Shown in pieces: positions 9,713-18,980 of a DNA stretch of 64,000 nucleotides. Origin of the DNA: Alphaproteobacteria bacterium (lineage in GTDB: Bacteria > Pseudomonadota > Alphaproteobacteria > GCA-2731375); assembly GCA_965232515.1 (NCBI GenBank), contig CBDDPY010000002.1, forward strand, positions 128,001-192,000. The letters are read 5' to 3'. The translations under genes were made by a program, and so were the position numbers. Position 1 is the stretch's first letter. The number at the start of each line of letters is the position of its first letter. The notes below the pieces were generated by a model, which was not told where the DNA came from, ran no database searches, and saw only the letters and a list, made by a program, of their open reading frames with translations.

Positions 9713-10684
9713 ATGTACAAGTATATCGTCAAGCGACTGTTGTTGATGGTGCCCACGCTGTTGGGCGCCGCTGTGCTGGTCTTCGCGCTGTTGCGCATGG
9801 TGCCGGGCGACGTCTGCGAGGTACGCATGGCCGGCACCGGCCTCTATGCGGACCAGGAAGCGATCGATACCTGCCGCGAAAACCTCGGCATGAACGATCC
9901 CTATTACGTTCAGTTCTTCGACTTCATCGCCGGCTACGTCACCTTCGATCTGGGCGAGTCCATGTGGACCGGCAAGCCGGTGACTTATGAGATCGGCATC
10001 CGCTTCGAGCTGTCCTTGCAGCTTGCGATCATGGCGACGCTTGTCGCCATCGCGGTGGCGATACCCTTGGGCGTCATATCGGCGATCAAGCAAAACACGT
10101 GGATCGACTATGTCGTACGGGCCTTCAGTATCGCCGGCATCGCCATGCCGTCGTTCTGGCTCGGGATATTGATCATCCTCGGCTTGTTGATCACCACACA
10201 GGCCTGGTTCGGCCAACCATGGATGCCGCCGATCCAATATGTCTCCGTATTCGAGGACCCCGTCGCCAACATGTCGCAGCTGATCTGGCCGGCGGTGGCC
10301 ACGGGCTATCGTTATTCGGCGGTGGCGACGCGCATGACCCGATCGGCGCTGCTCGAAGTATTGCGCGAGGACTATGTGCGCACCGCCCGAGCCAAGGGCC
10401 TGTTCGAGAGCGTCATCATCAACCGGCACGCCCTGAAGAACGCGCTGCTGCCGGTGGTGACCATCATCGCTTTGGAATTCGCCTTCCTGATGGGCGGCCT
10501 CGTCGTCACCGAGCAGGTCTTCAATCTGAACGGTCTTGGCAAGCTGTTCGTCGAAGCCGTGCTGAACCACGATTTCACGCTGACCCAGCATCTGGTGATG
10601 CTGGTCGTGGCGATCTTCGTTCTCACCAACCTGGTGGTGGACGTGCTGTACGCCTGGCTGGATCCGCGGATCCGCTACAGCTAG
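9713..10684 (+). CDS. ABC transporter permease (DppB/OppB-like)
   Basis: YIVKRLL start, MPSFWLG, EAA-loop DYVRTARAKG, LYAWLDPRI. Confidence 0.93.
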   Translation: MYKYIVKRLLLMVPTLLGAAVLVFALLRMVPGDVCEVRMAGTGLYADQEAIDTCRENLGMNDPYYVQFFDFIAGYVTFDLGESMWTGKPVTYEIGIRFELSLQLAIMATLVAIAVAIPLGVISAIKQNTWIDYVVRAFSIAGIAMPSFWLGILIILGLLITTQAWFGQPWMPPIQYVSVFEDPVANMSQLIWPAVATGYRYSAVATRMTRSALLEVLREDYVRTARAKGLFESVIINRHALKNALLPVVTIIALEFAFLMGGLVVTEQVFNLNGLGKLFVEAVLNHDFTLTQHLVMLVVAIFVLTNLVVDVLYAWLDPRIRYS

Positions 10685-10697
10685 CAGGAACGGTCGA

Positions 10698-11597
10698 ATG
10701 GCGACACCGGACATCGGTTACGACAGCAGCGTTGAGGAAATCCCGAAGCCGAAATCCTGGCTCGGCGCGACGCTGGAGATGGCCCGCAAGCAGCCACTGG
10801 GCGCCGCGGGCGGTCTGGTGGTGCTGGTCATGATCTTCATGGCGGTGTTTGCCGAGCTGATCGCGCCCTACGATCCGGAAGCCAACTCGTTCGAATTCAT
10901 GCTGGTCGGCCCGAGCGCGGATTTCCTGCTGGGCACCGATCAGTTCGGCCGGGACCTGTTGTCGCGCATCATCTACGGTGCCCGCACGGCGCTTTATGTC
11001 GGCTTCGTCTCGGCCTTCTTCGGCGCCACGGCCGGCCTGGTGCTGGGCGTTGCCAGCGCCTATTTCGGCGGCAAGATCGATCTCTTGTTCCAGCGGGTGC
11101 TCGACGTCTTCATGGCGTTTCCGTTGATCATCATGGCGCTCGCCGTCGTCGCCATTCTGGGCACCGGCACCCAGAACGTGATCATCGCCATCACCGTGCC
11201 GTTCATCCCTCAATGCGCCCGCGTCGTGCGGTCGAGCGCGCTGGCGATCCGCGAGATTCCCTATGTCGATGCGGCCCGGGCCTGCGGCTTCAGCCATACC
11301 CGGATCATCCTCCGGCACATGGCGCCGAACGTTATGGCGCCTTACCTGATCATGCTGACCTCGTTCGTCGGCCAAGCCATCCTGCTGGAAGCGTCGCTCT
11401 CCTATCTCGGCCTCGGTGTGCAGGAGCCGACGGCCGCCTGGGGCCTGATGCTGCAAGGCGGCGCCGAGGAGTACGCCGAGAGCGCGCCGTGGGTGGCCGT
11501 CTTCCCGGGCCTGGCGATTACGCTCGCGGTGTTCGGCTTCAACCTGTTCGGCGACGCGCTGCGCGACATGCTCGATCCAAAGTTGCGGTCGCGCTGA
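10698..11597 (+). CDS. ABC transporter permease (DppC/OppC-like)
   Basis: LGTDQFGRDLLSRIIYGAR, YVDAARACG, FNLFGDALRD. Confidence 0.93.
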   Translation: MATPDIGYDSSVEEIPKPKSWLGATLEMARKQPLGAAGGLVVLVMIFMAVFAELIAPYDPEANSFEFMLVGPSADFLLGTDQFGRDLLSRIIYGARTALYVGFVSAFFGATAGLVLGVASAYFGGKIDLLFQRVLDVFMAFPLIIMALAVVAILGTGTQNVIIAITVPFIPQCARVVRSSALAIREIPYVDAARACGFSHTRIILRHMAPNVMAPYLIMLTSFVGQAILLEASLSYLGLGVQEPTAAWGLMLQGGAEEYAESAPWVAVFPGLAITLAVFGFNLFGDALRDMLDPKLRSR

Positions 11598-11640
11598 TCG
11601 CCGAGGTTCTGCGGCGGCCGATCGTCTTTCGCGCGACCGC

Positions 11641-12573
11641 TCAGTTGGATGGCTCGATCAGGATTTCGATGCCGCATTCCTTGGCTTGCCGCAAACGCTC
11701 AATCGCCGCCGCGTCCGTGACCCGCTGAACCGTCACGTCTTGATCCGGCACGCCGCTTGCGCTCATTGCCTTGGCAACGGCGCCTGCCCGTAGTTCCCAG
11801 AGCAACACCTCTATCGGCGCGGCGCCGTCGGGTTCGGCTCCTGCAGTAATCAACACCTCTGTTCCGGCCAGCTTTTGCGCCGCAGAACCCGCCTGCGTCA
11901 ACGTGGCAACGGCGTCGTCATTGAGGTCGGCGCTTGCAACAGCAAAACGAACAACGAACCTTGTGGGTAGGCAGGCCGTCCGGACCAGCGCAGTTTCGAC
12001 GTCTGCCGGCGCCAAGCCAACATCACCGTCTCCGTCGCCGCTGCCGGGACCGCCGTCGCCGACAGGACCACCGTCGCCGCCGGGTCCGCCATCTCCGTCG
12101 CCACCGCCGTCTCCGCCGCCACCGTCTCCGCCGCCACCGTCTCCGCCGCCACCGTCTCCGCCGCCACCGTCTCCGCCGCCGCCATCTCCGCCGCCACCAT
12201 CTCCGCCGCCACCGTCTCCGCCACCACCGTCTCCGCCACCACCGTCTCCGCCACCACCGTCTCCGTCGTCTCCGCCATCCCCGTCGTCGTCGTCATCATC
12301 GTCGTCATCATCGTCGTCATCATCGTCGTCGTCGTCGTCGTCATCATCGTCGTCGTCATCATCGTCGTCGTCATCATCATCGTCGTCATCATCATCGTCG
12401 TCGTCATCGTCGTCGTCGTCGTCATCACCGCCATCGCCCTTGGCGACGGCCGGGACGACGTCGAGACGGCGGTCGTCGACGGCGAATGTCAGGGGTGTCA
12501 CGATGAGCAGTAGCGCGAGCAGCGAGGTCGACAGGAGTGATACGGCGCGTTCGAGGCGCGCATTCCTACCCAT
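11641..12573 (-). CDS. Exported or membrane-anchored acidic low-complexity protein with degenerate OmpA-like C-terminal domain
   Basis: RBS GAGGGAGG before ATG 12573; hydrophobic N-terminus; D48 tract; (GGGGD)10; C-terminus VRFAVASADL...VLITAGAEPDG...LWELRAGAVAKAMSASGV resembles OmpA_C. Confidence 0.72.
   Translation of the reverse strand: MGRNARLERAVSLLSTSLLALLLIVTPLTFAVDDRRLDVVPAVAKGDGGDDDDDDDDDDDDDDDDDDDDDDDDDDDDDDDDDDDDDDDDDDDDDDDDGDGGDDGDGGGGDGGGGDGGGGDGGGGDGGGGDGGGGDGGGGDGGGGDGGGGDGGGGDGGGDGDGGPGGDGGPVGDGGPGSGDGDGDVGLAPADVETALVRTACLPTRFVVRFAVASADLNDDAVATLTQAGSAAQKLAGTEVLITAGAEPDGAAPIEVLLWELRAGAVAKAMSASGVPDQDVTVQRVTDAAAIERLRQAKECGIEILIEPSN
12109..12258. repeat. Ten tandem 15-bp units encoding GGGGD on the minus strand
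   Basis: Unit gtctccgccgccacc and synonymous variants recur every 15 bp from 12109. Confidence 0.95.
12283..12426. repeat. Trinucleotide tract of 48 mixed GAC/GAT codons (poly-Asp)
   Basis: 144 bp of interspersed gtc/atc triplets on the plus strand. Confidence 0.95.
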
Positions 12574-12921
12574 GCCGGTTCCTCCCTCTTCTGGCCGTCT
12601 GCGCGGCCTGGACTCGGCGATCGGTCGCAATGTTCCGAATAGAATACCAGATTTCTCTGATATTCGATATCTCAACGCGTAACGGTCAATCTAAGTGTTG
12701 TCCGAATCATCCAGCGCCAAAACTGTCGTGCGATGCTTGGCCAATACTATCTTTCTTGAACGAAATCCGTATCTTTTGTTCATTCAAAAATTTTTTGTTG
12801 ATCTTGTATCCGTTTCTACTTCGTCGGTAACAGCATCGCGACAGGCGCGTTCAATACCGCAACCGCTCGCAACGACACAGGAGGGACCCCGGCGATTGTC
12901 GTCATCGTGCCGGCTTGGAGG

Positions 12922-14529
12922 TCAGAATTGTGCGGCGTACTGCGCCGGGTCAATGTTGGCGCCAATCACCAGCGGCCGGTCCTGCGCGGCTTGACCGTTC
13001 ATGGCTTTTTCCAGGCCCGAGACGCTGTCGACGGCGATGCCGTCGCAGCCCATGGACTCGGCCAGTTTCACGGTGTCGGTCGGCTCGATCAGCGTGCCCT
13101 CGCTCGGATACTGTCGGGCCATCTGCTTCAGTTCGATGCGGTTCAAGGTGTTGTCGCAGAACACCACGACCTTGAGGCCGAGCTTCAGGCTGGCCGCCAG
13201 CCGCAGTTCGCCTTGCACCATGGCAAGCCCGCCGTCGCCGGTGAAGCAGACCACCGGACGGTCGCCCAGCAAGTGCTTGGCGGTGATGGCGGCGGGGAGC
13301 GCATAGCCCATCGAGGACAGGCCGTTCGTCATCAAGACGCCGCGCGGCTGATAGGTCGCCCAGCCCTGGCCGACCAGCAGCTTGTGCGAGCCGACATCGG
13401 TCGAGACCACGGTATCGCGCGGCATGGCGGCGCGCACCGTGTCGATCACGTCGGTCGGATTGAGCGCGCCGGTCACGCGTCCCTCGTAATAGTGCTTCAT
13501 CAGGCCGTCGCGATGCGCGGCGACCTCGGCCTCGGTCCACTTGGTGGTCGCGCCGCCGCCGGCATCGGTCAGCGCCTCGAGGATCCGGCCGATATCGCCG
13601 ACAACCTCGATCTCGGCCGGGTAGATCTGATCGGTGTTCGGCGTCGAGTCGATATGGATGACAGGCGCCGTCGGCGACCAGGGTTTGATCAGCTCGACGG
13701 CGTCGAAGCCGACACAAAGGATCAGGTCTGACTGGCCGAGAAAATCCCAGAGATAGGCATTGCAGGCCATATCGAGCGTGCCGGCAAAATAGGGGTGATC
13801 CTCCGCCAGCACGCCCTTGGCCATCGGCGCGACGACGACCGGCAGGCCATACCTCTCGGCGAAACGGGCCAAGGCCTTGCCGGCGTCCGCGCGCTGGGCC
13901 GAAATGCCCGTGACGATTACGGGCCGTTTCGCAGTCCTGAGTCGTTTGACGGGATCGGCAGGTGTTTCGTTGGCGAAGACTTGGATATCCGGCAGTGTCG
14001 GGACCATGGGAGGCAAGGCGATCCTGTCATCTGAGGCATCGGCGCCGACCACGTTCGCCGGCGTCGAGATGTGCACCGGGCCCGGCCGTTCCGCCACGGC
14101 CAGCCGCAGCGCCTTGCGCATGACCGTGGCGACGGTGTCGGGCTGGATCGCTGTCGTCCATTTGCTGATGGCTGAGAACAACCGGTTGTGGTCCAACACC
14201 TGGTGCGTGAAATAGGGCGCGCGCTGGTCGTCGATTTGCCCGGACAACGCCAGCATCGGCACGCGATCGAGGTGGGCGTTGGCGACGGCGTTGACCAGGT
14301 TCGACGAGCCGGGCCCGAGTGTCGACAGGCAGACGCCCGGGCGGCCGGTGATCTGGCCGTAGGCCTCGGCCATCAGCCCGGCCGTGCCCTCGCGGCGGGC
14401 CAGCACGAACTCCAGCCCGGCGCGGCGGGCGGCCTCCAGGAACTCCACGTTCGGATCGCCCGGATAACCGAACACATGCTCGATCCCGGCGGCCCGGAGG
14501 TATTCGATAATGACCTGGCTGGCGTTCAT
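12922..14529 (-). CDS. Thiamine diphosphate-dependent enzyme (acetolactate synthase-like family)
   Basis: VFGYPG, catalytic Glu in ARREGTAG, STLGPG, PGPVHI, TDVGSH, SMGYALPAA, ThDP motif GDGG...CDN. Substrate not determinable. Confidence 0.9.
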   Translation of the reverse strand: MNASQVIIEYLRAAGIEHVFGYPGDPNVEFLEAARRAGLEFVLARREGTAGLMAEAYGQITGRPGVCLSTLGPGSSNLVNAVANAHLDRVPMLALSGQIDDQRAPYFTHQVLDHNRLFSAISKWTTAIQPDTVATVMRKALRLAVAERPGPVHISTPANVVGADASDDRIALPPMVPTLPDIQVFANETPADPVKRLRTAKRPVIVTGISAQRADAGKALARFAERYGLPVVVAPMAKGVLAEDHPYFAGTLDMACNAYLWDFLGQSDLILCVGFDAVELIKPWSPTAPVIHIDSTPNTDQIYPAEIEVVGDIGRILEALTDAGGGATTKWTEAEVAAHRDGLMKHYYEGRVTGALNPTDVIDTVRAAMPRDTVVSTDVGSHKLLVGQGWATYQPRGVLMTNGLSSMGYALPAAITAKHLLGDRPVVCFTGDGGLAMVQGELRLAASLKLGLKVVVFCDNTLNRIELKQMARQYPSEGTLIEPTDTVKLAESMGCDGIAVDSVSGLEKAMNGQAAQDRPLVIGANIDPAQYAAQF

Positions 14530-14618
14530 GTTCGGCCCAATCGGTTGCGACAAGCGGCGGGTGGCAAGGTATCATAGACCTGGATCCATTGGCGTCGGCA
14601 GCGAGGGAACCGGAGACG

Positions 14619-16025
14619 ATGACAGTGGCGGTGGAGGCGGGCGAAGCGCCGCCCGGGCCGACGCGCAGCCTCGCGCGGTTCGTCTGCGATTTGCGCTATG
14701 ACGCGCTCGCCGGACCGACCCGGCACGCCGCGCGCCGGCACATTCTCGATACCATCGGCGCCTGTGTCGCCGGCGCGCGGGAGCAGGTTGCGGACGCGGT
14801 CGCCGCGGTGTTCGCGGATGCCGGCATTGGTGGCAACGTGCCGGTGCCGGGGCGCGACGGCAGGGTCGATCTGCTGAACGCCGCCTATCTTGCCGGCGCC
14901 AGCGCGCACGGCCTGGAGTTGGACGACGGCTATCGCAACGGCTCGGTGCATGCCGGCGCCGTGGTGGTGCCGGCGGCGCTGGCGGCGGCCTATCGCCGGC
15001 GCGCCAGTGGACGCGATCTGCTGACAGCCGTGGTTGCCGGCTACGAGGTGGCGGCTCGGGTGTCGGCGGCCGGCCATCCGCGTGTGCGCTGGCGTGGTTT
15101 TCACACGACCTCGACGTCGGGCGTGTTCGGCGCCGCCTCGGCCGTGGGATTGTTGCACGGGCTGGACGAAGAGCGGTTGATGAATGCCTTCGGCCTGGCG
15201 GCCAGCAGCGCCGCCGGCCTGTTCGCCTTCGTTCAGGGGGGTGGCGACGTGAAACGCCTGCATCCGGGGCATGCCGCGCGGGAAGGCTTGCTGGCGGCTT
15301 TGCTGGCGGGGCAGGGGCTGGCCGGGCCGCCCGACGTCTTGGAGGCGGTCGACGGCTATTTCCATGCCTTTGCCGGCGACGATCCGCGCGACGCGGGCTA
15401 CCGAGCGCCAGATCCGTTCGCCGACTGGCAGGGCTATGCCATCGAGGACTGCTACATCAAGCCCTATGCCTGCTGCCGGCATATTCACCCCGCGCTCGAT
15501 GCCATGCTGGATGTCCTCAACGCCCAAGATCTGTCGCCGGCTGACGTGGCGCGCGTCGACGTGGCCACTTACAGGGTGGCCGCCGCTCATGCCGCGGCCG
15601 GCTGGGAAAACATGGGCACGGCGCAGCTCAGCTTTCCCTTCGTCATGGCGGTCGGCCTGCACAAGCGCAACGTCGATCTCGACGACTTCTCCGAAGCGCG
15701 TCGAAGCGATCCCGCCATCACCGGCGATTGCGCCAAGTTCCACGTCACGGTCGACCCCGAATGTGACGCCAACTATCCGCGCCTGCGGCCGGCAAAGGTG
15801 CGGCTGACGACCATCTCAGGCGATACCTTTGCGGCACAGGTCGACGATGCCTACGGCTCGCCGTTGAACCCGATGGACGATGCGGCGCTGGCGGAAAAAT
15901 ATCGTGCGATCACGGCCCCCGTATTGGGCGATGACCTGTGCAACACCACGCTCGACATGCTGTGGGGACTGGACAGTCTGGACAAGATCGCGCCGCTGGC
16001 GGACATGCTGGCCCAGCCGGTTTGA
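14619..16025 (+). CDS. MmgE/PrpD family protein
   Basis: ILDTIG, AHGLELDD, VHAG, AGYEV, GFHTT, KRLHPG, IKPYACCRHIH, GSPLNPM; RBS GGAGA before ATG 14619. Confidence 0.9.
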   Translation: MTVAVEAGEAPPGPTRSLARFVCDLRYDALAGPTRHAARRHILDTIGACVAGAREQVADAVAAVFADAGIGGNVPVPGRDGRVDLLNAAYLAGASAHGLELDDGYRNGSVHAGAVVVPAALAAAYRRRASGRDLLTAVVAGYEVAARVSAAGHPRVRWRGFHTTSTSGVFGAASAVGLLHGLDEERLMNAFGLAASSAAGLFAFVQGGGDVKRLHPGHAAREGLLAALLAGQGLAGPPDVLEAVDGYFHAFAGDDPRDAGYRAPDPFADWQGYAIEDCYIKPYACCRHIHPALDAMLDVLNAQDLSPADVARVDVATYRVAAAHAAAGWENMGTAQLSFPFVMAVGLHKRNVDLDDFSEARRSDPAITGDCAKFHVTVDPECDANYPRLRPAKVRLTTISGDTFAAQVDDAYGSPLNPMDDAALAEKYRAITAPVLGDDLCNTTLDMLWGLDSLDKIAPLADMLAQPV

Positions 16026-16027
16026 CG

Positions 16028-16594
16028 GTGCCGACCCGGGGTACACTGGTCCTGATTGTCGGACCGTCGGGCGCCGGCAAGGACAGCTTGATCGAAGGTG
16101 CGCGGGCGCGACTTGCGACGAACGGCGACTTCATTTTTCCACAGCGCGACATCACCCGCGCCGCCGACCTCGGCGGCGAGGATTACAACGCCGTCAGCAC
16201 GGCCGAGTTCGATCGGCGACGCGCCGCCGGTGCTTACAGTCTGTCGTGGGGCGCGCACAACCTCTACTACGGCGTACCTGCCGACATCGAACAGAATCTG
16301 CATGCCGGTTCGAGCGTGGTCGTCAACGTTTCTCGCGCCATCCTGGACGACGCGCGTGACCGCTTGACGCCCGTCCGCGTCGTCAACGTGACGGTGCCGG
16401 CAGCGATCCTGGCCGAACGGCTGGCGGCGCGCGGGCGGGAAAGTCTGACCGATATCGAGGCGCGGCTCGCGCGCGCGACGGCCTATGACGTTGACGGCGA
16501 CGACGTCGTGCACTTCGTCAACGACCGGCCGTTGACGGAATCGATTGCCGCCTTCGTTGAGGTCCTGACGTCTTGTCAGCCGGTGAAGGGGTAG
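16028..16594 (+). CDS. phnN: Ribose 1,5-bisphosphate phosphokinase
   Basis: GTLVLIVGPSGAGKDSLI, RDITR, WGAHNLYYGVP, VVNVSR, RLAARGRE; next to C-P lyase genes. Start inferred at GTG 16028. Confidence 0.9.
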   Translation: MPTRGTLVLIVGPSGAGKDSLIEGARARLATNGDFIFPQRDITRAADLGGEDYNAVSTAEFDRRRAAGAYSLSWGAHNLYYGVPADIEQNLHAGSSVVVNVSRAILDDARDRLTPVRVVNVTVPAAILAERLAARGRESLTDIEARLARATAYDVDGDDVVHFVNDRPLTESIAAFVEVLTSCQPVKG

Positions 16595-17268
16595 CGGCCC
16601 AGTATGTCGAAGGGCAAGTCGCGATTGGCCTGACGGTAGATGGCGATGCCGTCGACATCGAGCGGCGTCTTGGTGGCGGCGGCCGCCAGCGGCTCCAGGG
16701 CCGTCATCACCAGCGCCCGGTCCGCCTCGGATAACCGCTGCGTCAGCGTCATGTGAAAGCGGAACTCGTCCATCACGTAGGGGTAGCCCCAGGCCTGCAA
16801 CAGGTCTTGCTGGCGTGGGCTCAGACCCGCGGCGCGACGCTTGGCGAGTTCGGCCGCGCCGGCCGGCGCCCGGAAGCCGTCGAATTCACGGACGCAAGCG
16901 TCCGCCAGGTCCTGCATGTCGGGGCTGGGTGCCGACAGTACCAGCGCGGTAAAACCGGACAGCGCCGCGACCTTCAGGCGTGGCACCGTGAAGGGCGTCC
17001 GCGATCCGGCAAACCTCTGCGCCGCGGCGATCAGGTCCGCTTCGCCACGGCCATCGGCCAGCGCGAATGGCGGCTTCAGGGTGCCATGAAAACCGTAGTG
17101 GCGCGGCGACGCGGTAATTTCGGCGAGCCGGCCCGGCGTCAGCCCATCCACGGCGGGCTGCGTTCGTTCCGTACCGTCGGCGCAGTCGCGTCCCAGCCAG
17201 TTGGCGCCGAGCTCCGCCAGCGCGCTGCCGGGCGGCGGCGCGAAATAGATCGCGTAGCGGGCGGTCAC
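16576..17268 (-). CDS. DUF1045 phosphonate-cluster protein (2H phosphoesterase-like)
   Basis: RYAIYFAP, YGFHGTLKPPF, WGYPYV, FRFHMTLT (two HxT motifs); GTG start overlaps the upstream stop. Confidence 0.88.
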   Translation of the reverse strand: MTARYAIYFAPPPGSALAELGANWLGRDCADGTERTQPAVDGLTPGRLAEITASPRHYGFHGTLKPPFALADGRGEADLIAAAQRFAGSRTPFTVPRLKVAALSGFTALVLSAPSPDMQDLADACVREFDGFRAPAGAAELAKRRAAGLSPRQQDLLQAWGYPYVMDEFRFHMTLTQRLSEADRALVMTALEPLAAAATKTPLDVDGIAIYRQANRDLPFDILGRYPFTG

Positions 17269-17813
17269 GTCCGCAGACAGCTCTCGAGATGCGGGCGGAA
17301 ATGGGCGAGGTCGGGCGTCTCCGCGCCGACGACCTTGCCGCCTTCGTCCCAGCGCCGGACTCTGACGCCGTCGTCGGCATAAGGCTGGGCGGCAAACGCC
17401 TCGGCCTCGTCGGTCGTGAACGGACCGCCCTGAAGTTCGAGCGTGCGGACGGAGCCGGCCGACAAGCGGTCGAAGTAATCCGGTTCGGTCGCGGTGAGAT
17501 AACGCTTGGCGGCGACGTGCCAGTAGACCGGCATGACGACGTCGTCGTCGAACCATTGGGTCAGGTAATCCCGCCCACGGTCCTCGTGCTTCGCATCCTC
17601 GCCACGCTCCAACGCCGCCCATTCGTCCGGATTGAGCAGGTGGCCGATGTCGTGCAGCAGGGCCGCCGATATTAGCGCGGGCGATGCGCCTTCCTGCTCG
17701 GCCAGCGTCGCGCATTGCAGGGCGTGCGCCAGTTGCGTTACCTGTTCGCGGGTGCCGTAGAGGCGTTTGCCGCCCCGCGCCATCACTTCGAAAATCTGCT
17801 CGATCGGATCCAT
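17265..17813 (-). CDS. HD-domain PhnZ-like phosphonate oxygenase
   Basis: EQVTQLAHALQCA, ALLHDIGHLL, HE, HVAAKRYL, LELQGGPF, RRWDEGGK. Confidence 0.85.
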   Translation of the reverse strand: MDPIEQIFEVMARGGKRLYGTREQVTQLAHALQCATLAEQEGASPALISAALLHDIGHLLNPDEWAALERGEDAKHEDRGRDYLTQWFDDDVVMPVYWHVAAKRYLTATEPDYFDRLSAGSVRTLELQGGPFTTDEAEAFAAQPYADDGVRVRRWDEGGKVVGAETPDLAHFRPHLESCLRT

Positions 17814-17837
17814 GACCTGCCCCCGTGTTTTCGATTG

Positions 17838-18980
17838 CTAGACGACGCGCTGCCCCTCGCGCCAGACCTGCCGCACAACCGGCACGCCGACGCGGTTGTC
17901 GACGCGCACCAGATCGGCGCGCTTGCCGACCGCGATCTCGCCGCGATCGTCGAGACCGACCATGCGGGCGGGATTGCGAGCGACGCGGCCGACGGCATCC
18001 GGCAGCGTCATCTCAAGCCGGTCGTGCATGATGAAAGCGCTGTGCAGCAGGCTCGCCGGCACATAGTCCGACGAAAGCGCGTCGAGCAGGCCGCGTTCGG
18101 CAAGCTCGAGCGCCGCGACATTGCCCGAATGCGAGCCGCCGCGCACGACGTTGGGCGCGCCGGCGATGGTGCCAAGCTTGTGTTTCTGAGCCGCCGCCGC
18201 CGCTTCCACCGTGGTCGGGAACTCCGAAATGGTCGCGCCTATCTGGACCGCCTCGTCGATGTGCTCCGGCGTGGTGTCGTCGTGGGTGGCCAGAACCAGG
18301 TCGAGTTCCCGGCAGGCGGCGACGATGGCGCGCTGGTTGCGATCGGCGTTGCGCGCTTGGCGTTCCTTACGCTCAGCGACGAGGGCGGCGATGCCATCCT
18401 CATCGAGGCCGTACTTGCCCTGGTAGTAGACCTTCCAATGCTTGAGATTGCGGAACTGCCGTTGGCCCGGCGTGTGGTCCATCACCGAGACCAGCCGCAC
18501 GAGCGGATCGTTCTGGAACTCTTCGAACATCTCCGCGGCATGGTCGCCGCCGATCTCGCAGCGCAGATGGATCAGGTGCTCGGCGCGCAGAATGCCGTGA
18601 TCGCGGGCGGTGTTGATGTGGTCGAGGATTTCGCGCACGCGCTCGGCCAGGCCATAGGCTTCCGACGTGTCGCCGACCCGCACGGCATCGAAGACCGTGG
18701 TGATGCCGGCCGCGGACACGTCGGTGTCGTGCGCCATCAGGGCCGGCGTCACCGGCCAGCGCACCTTGGGGCGCGGCGTCAAGTGTTTCTCAAGGTTGTC
18801 GGTATGCAGCTCGACCAGACCTGGCAGCAGATAGTCGCCTTCAAGATCCTGGCTGCCGCCGGCTTCGGTCTGTCCGCTGGCGATGTCCGCGATCTTGCCG
18901 TCCTGTACACGAACGCTGCCGTGCACGACCTCGTCGTCGAGCACGATCCGGGCGTTGGCAAAAATCAGTTCGGTGCTCAT
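17838..18980 (-). CDS. phnM: Alpha-D-ribose 1-methylphosphonate 5-triphosphate diphosphatase
   Basis: PGLVELHTDNLE, HLRCE, MDHTPGQRQF, ATHDD, EFPTT, GAPNVVRGGSHSGN, LSSDYVP. Confidence 0.96.
   Translation of the reverse strand: MSTELIFANARIVLDDEVVHGSVRVQDGKIADIASGQTEAGGSQDLEGDYLLPGLVELHTDNLEKHLTPRPKVRWPVTPALMAHDTDVSAAGITTVFDAVRVGDTSEAYGLAERVREILDHINTARDHGILRAEHLIHLRCEIGGDHAAEMFEEFQNDPLVRLVSVMDHTPGQRQFRNLKHWKVYYQGKYGLDEDGIAALVAERKERQARNADRNQRAIVAACRELDLVLATHDDTTPEHIDEAVQIGATISEFPTTVEAAAAAQKHKLGTIAGAPNVVRGGSHSGNVAALELAERGLLDALSSDYVPASLLHSAFIMHDRLEMTLPDAVGRVARNPARMVGLDDRGEIAVGKRADLVRVDNRVGVPVVRQVWREGQRVV

Noticed and set aside
12109-12426. Tandem repeats as a possible CRISPR array
   Set aside because: No unique spacers, units are in-frame codon repeats, and no cas genes are present.
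11771-12682. Plus-strand ORF with extensin-like SPPPP repeats and poly-Ser, and the Arg/His-rich frame at 11934-12506
   Set aside because: Antisense shadows of the Gly/Asp repeats; the minus-strand frame has the RBS, leader and globular domain.
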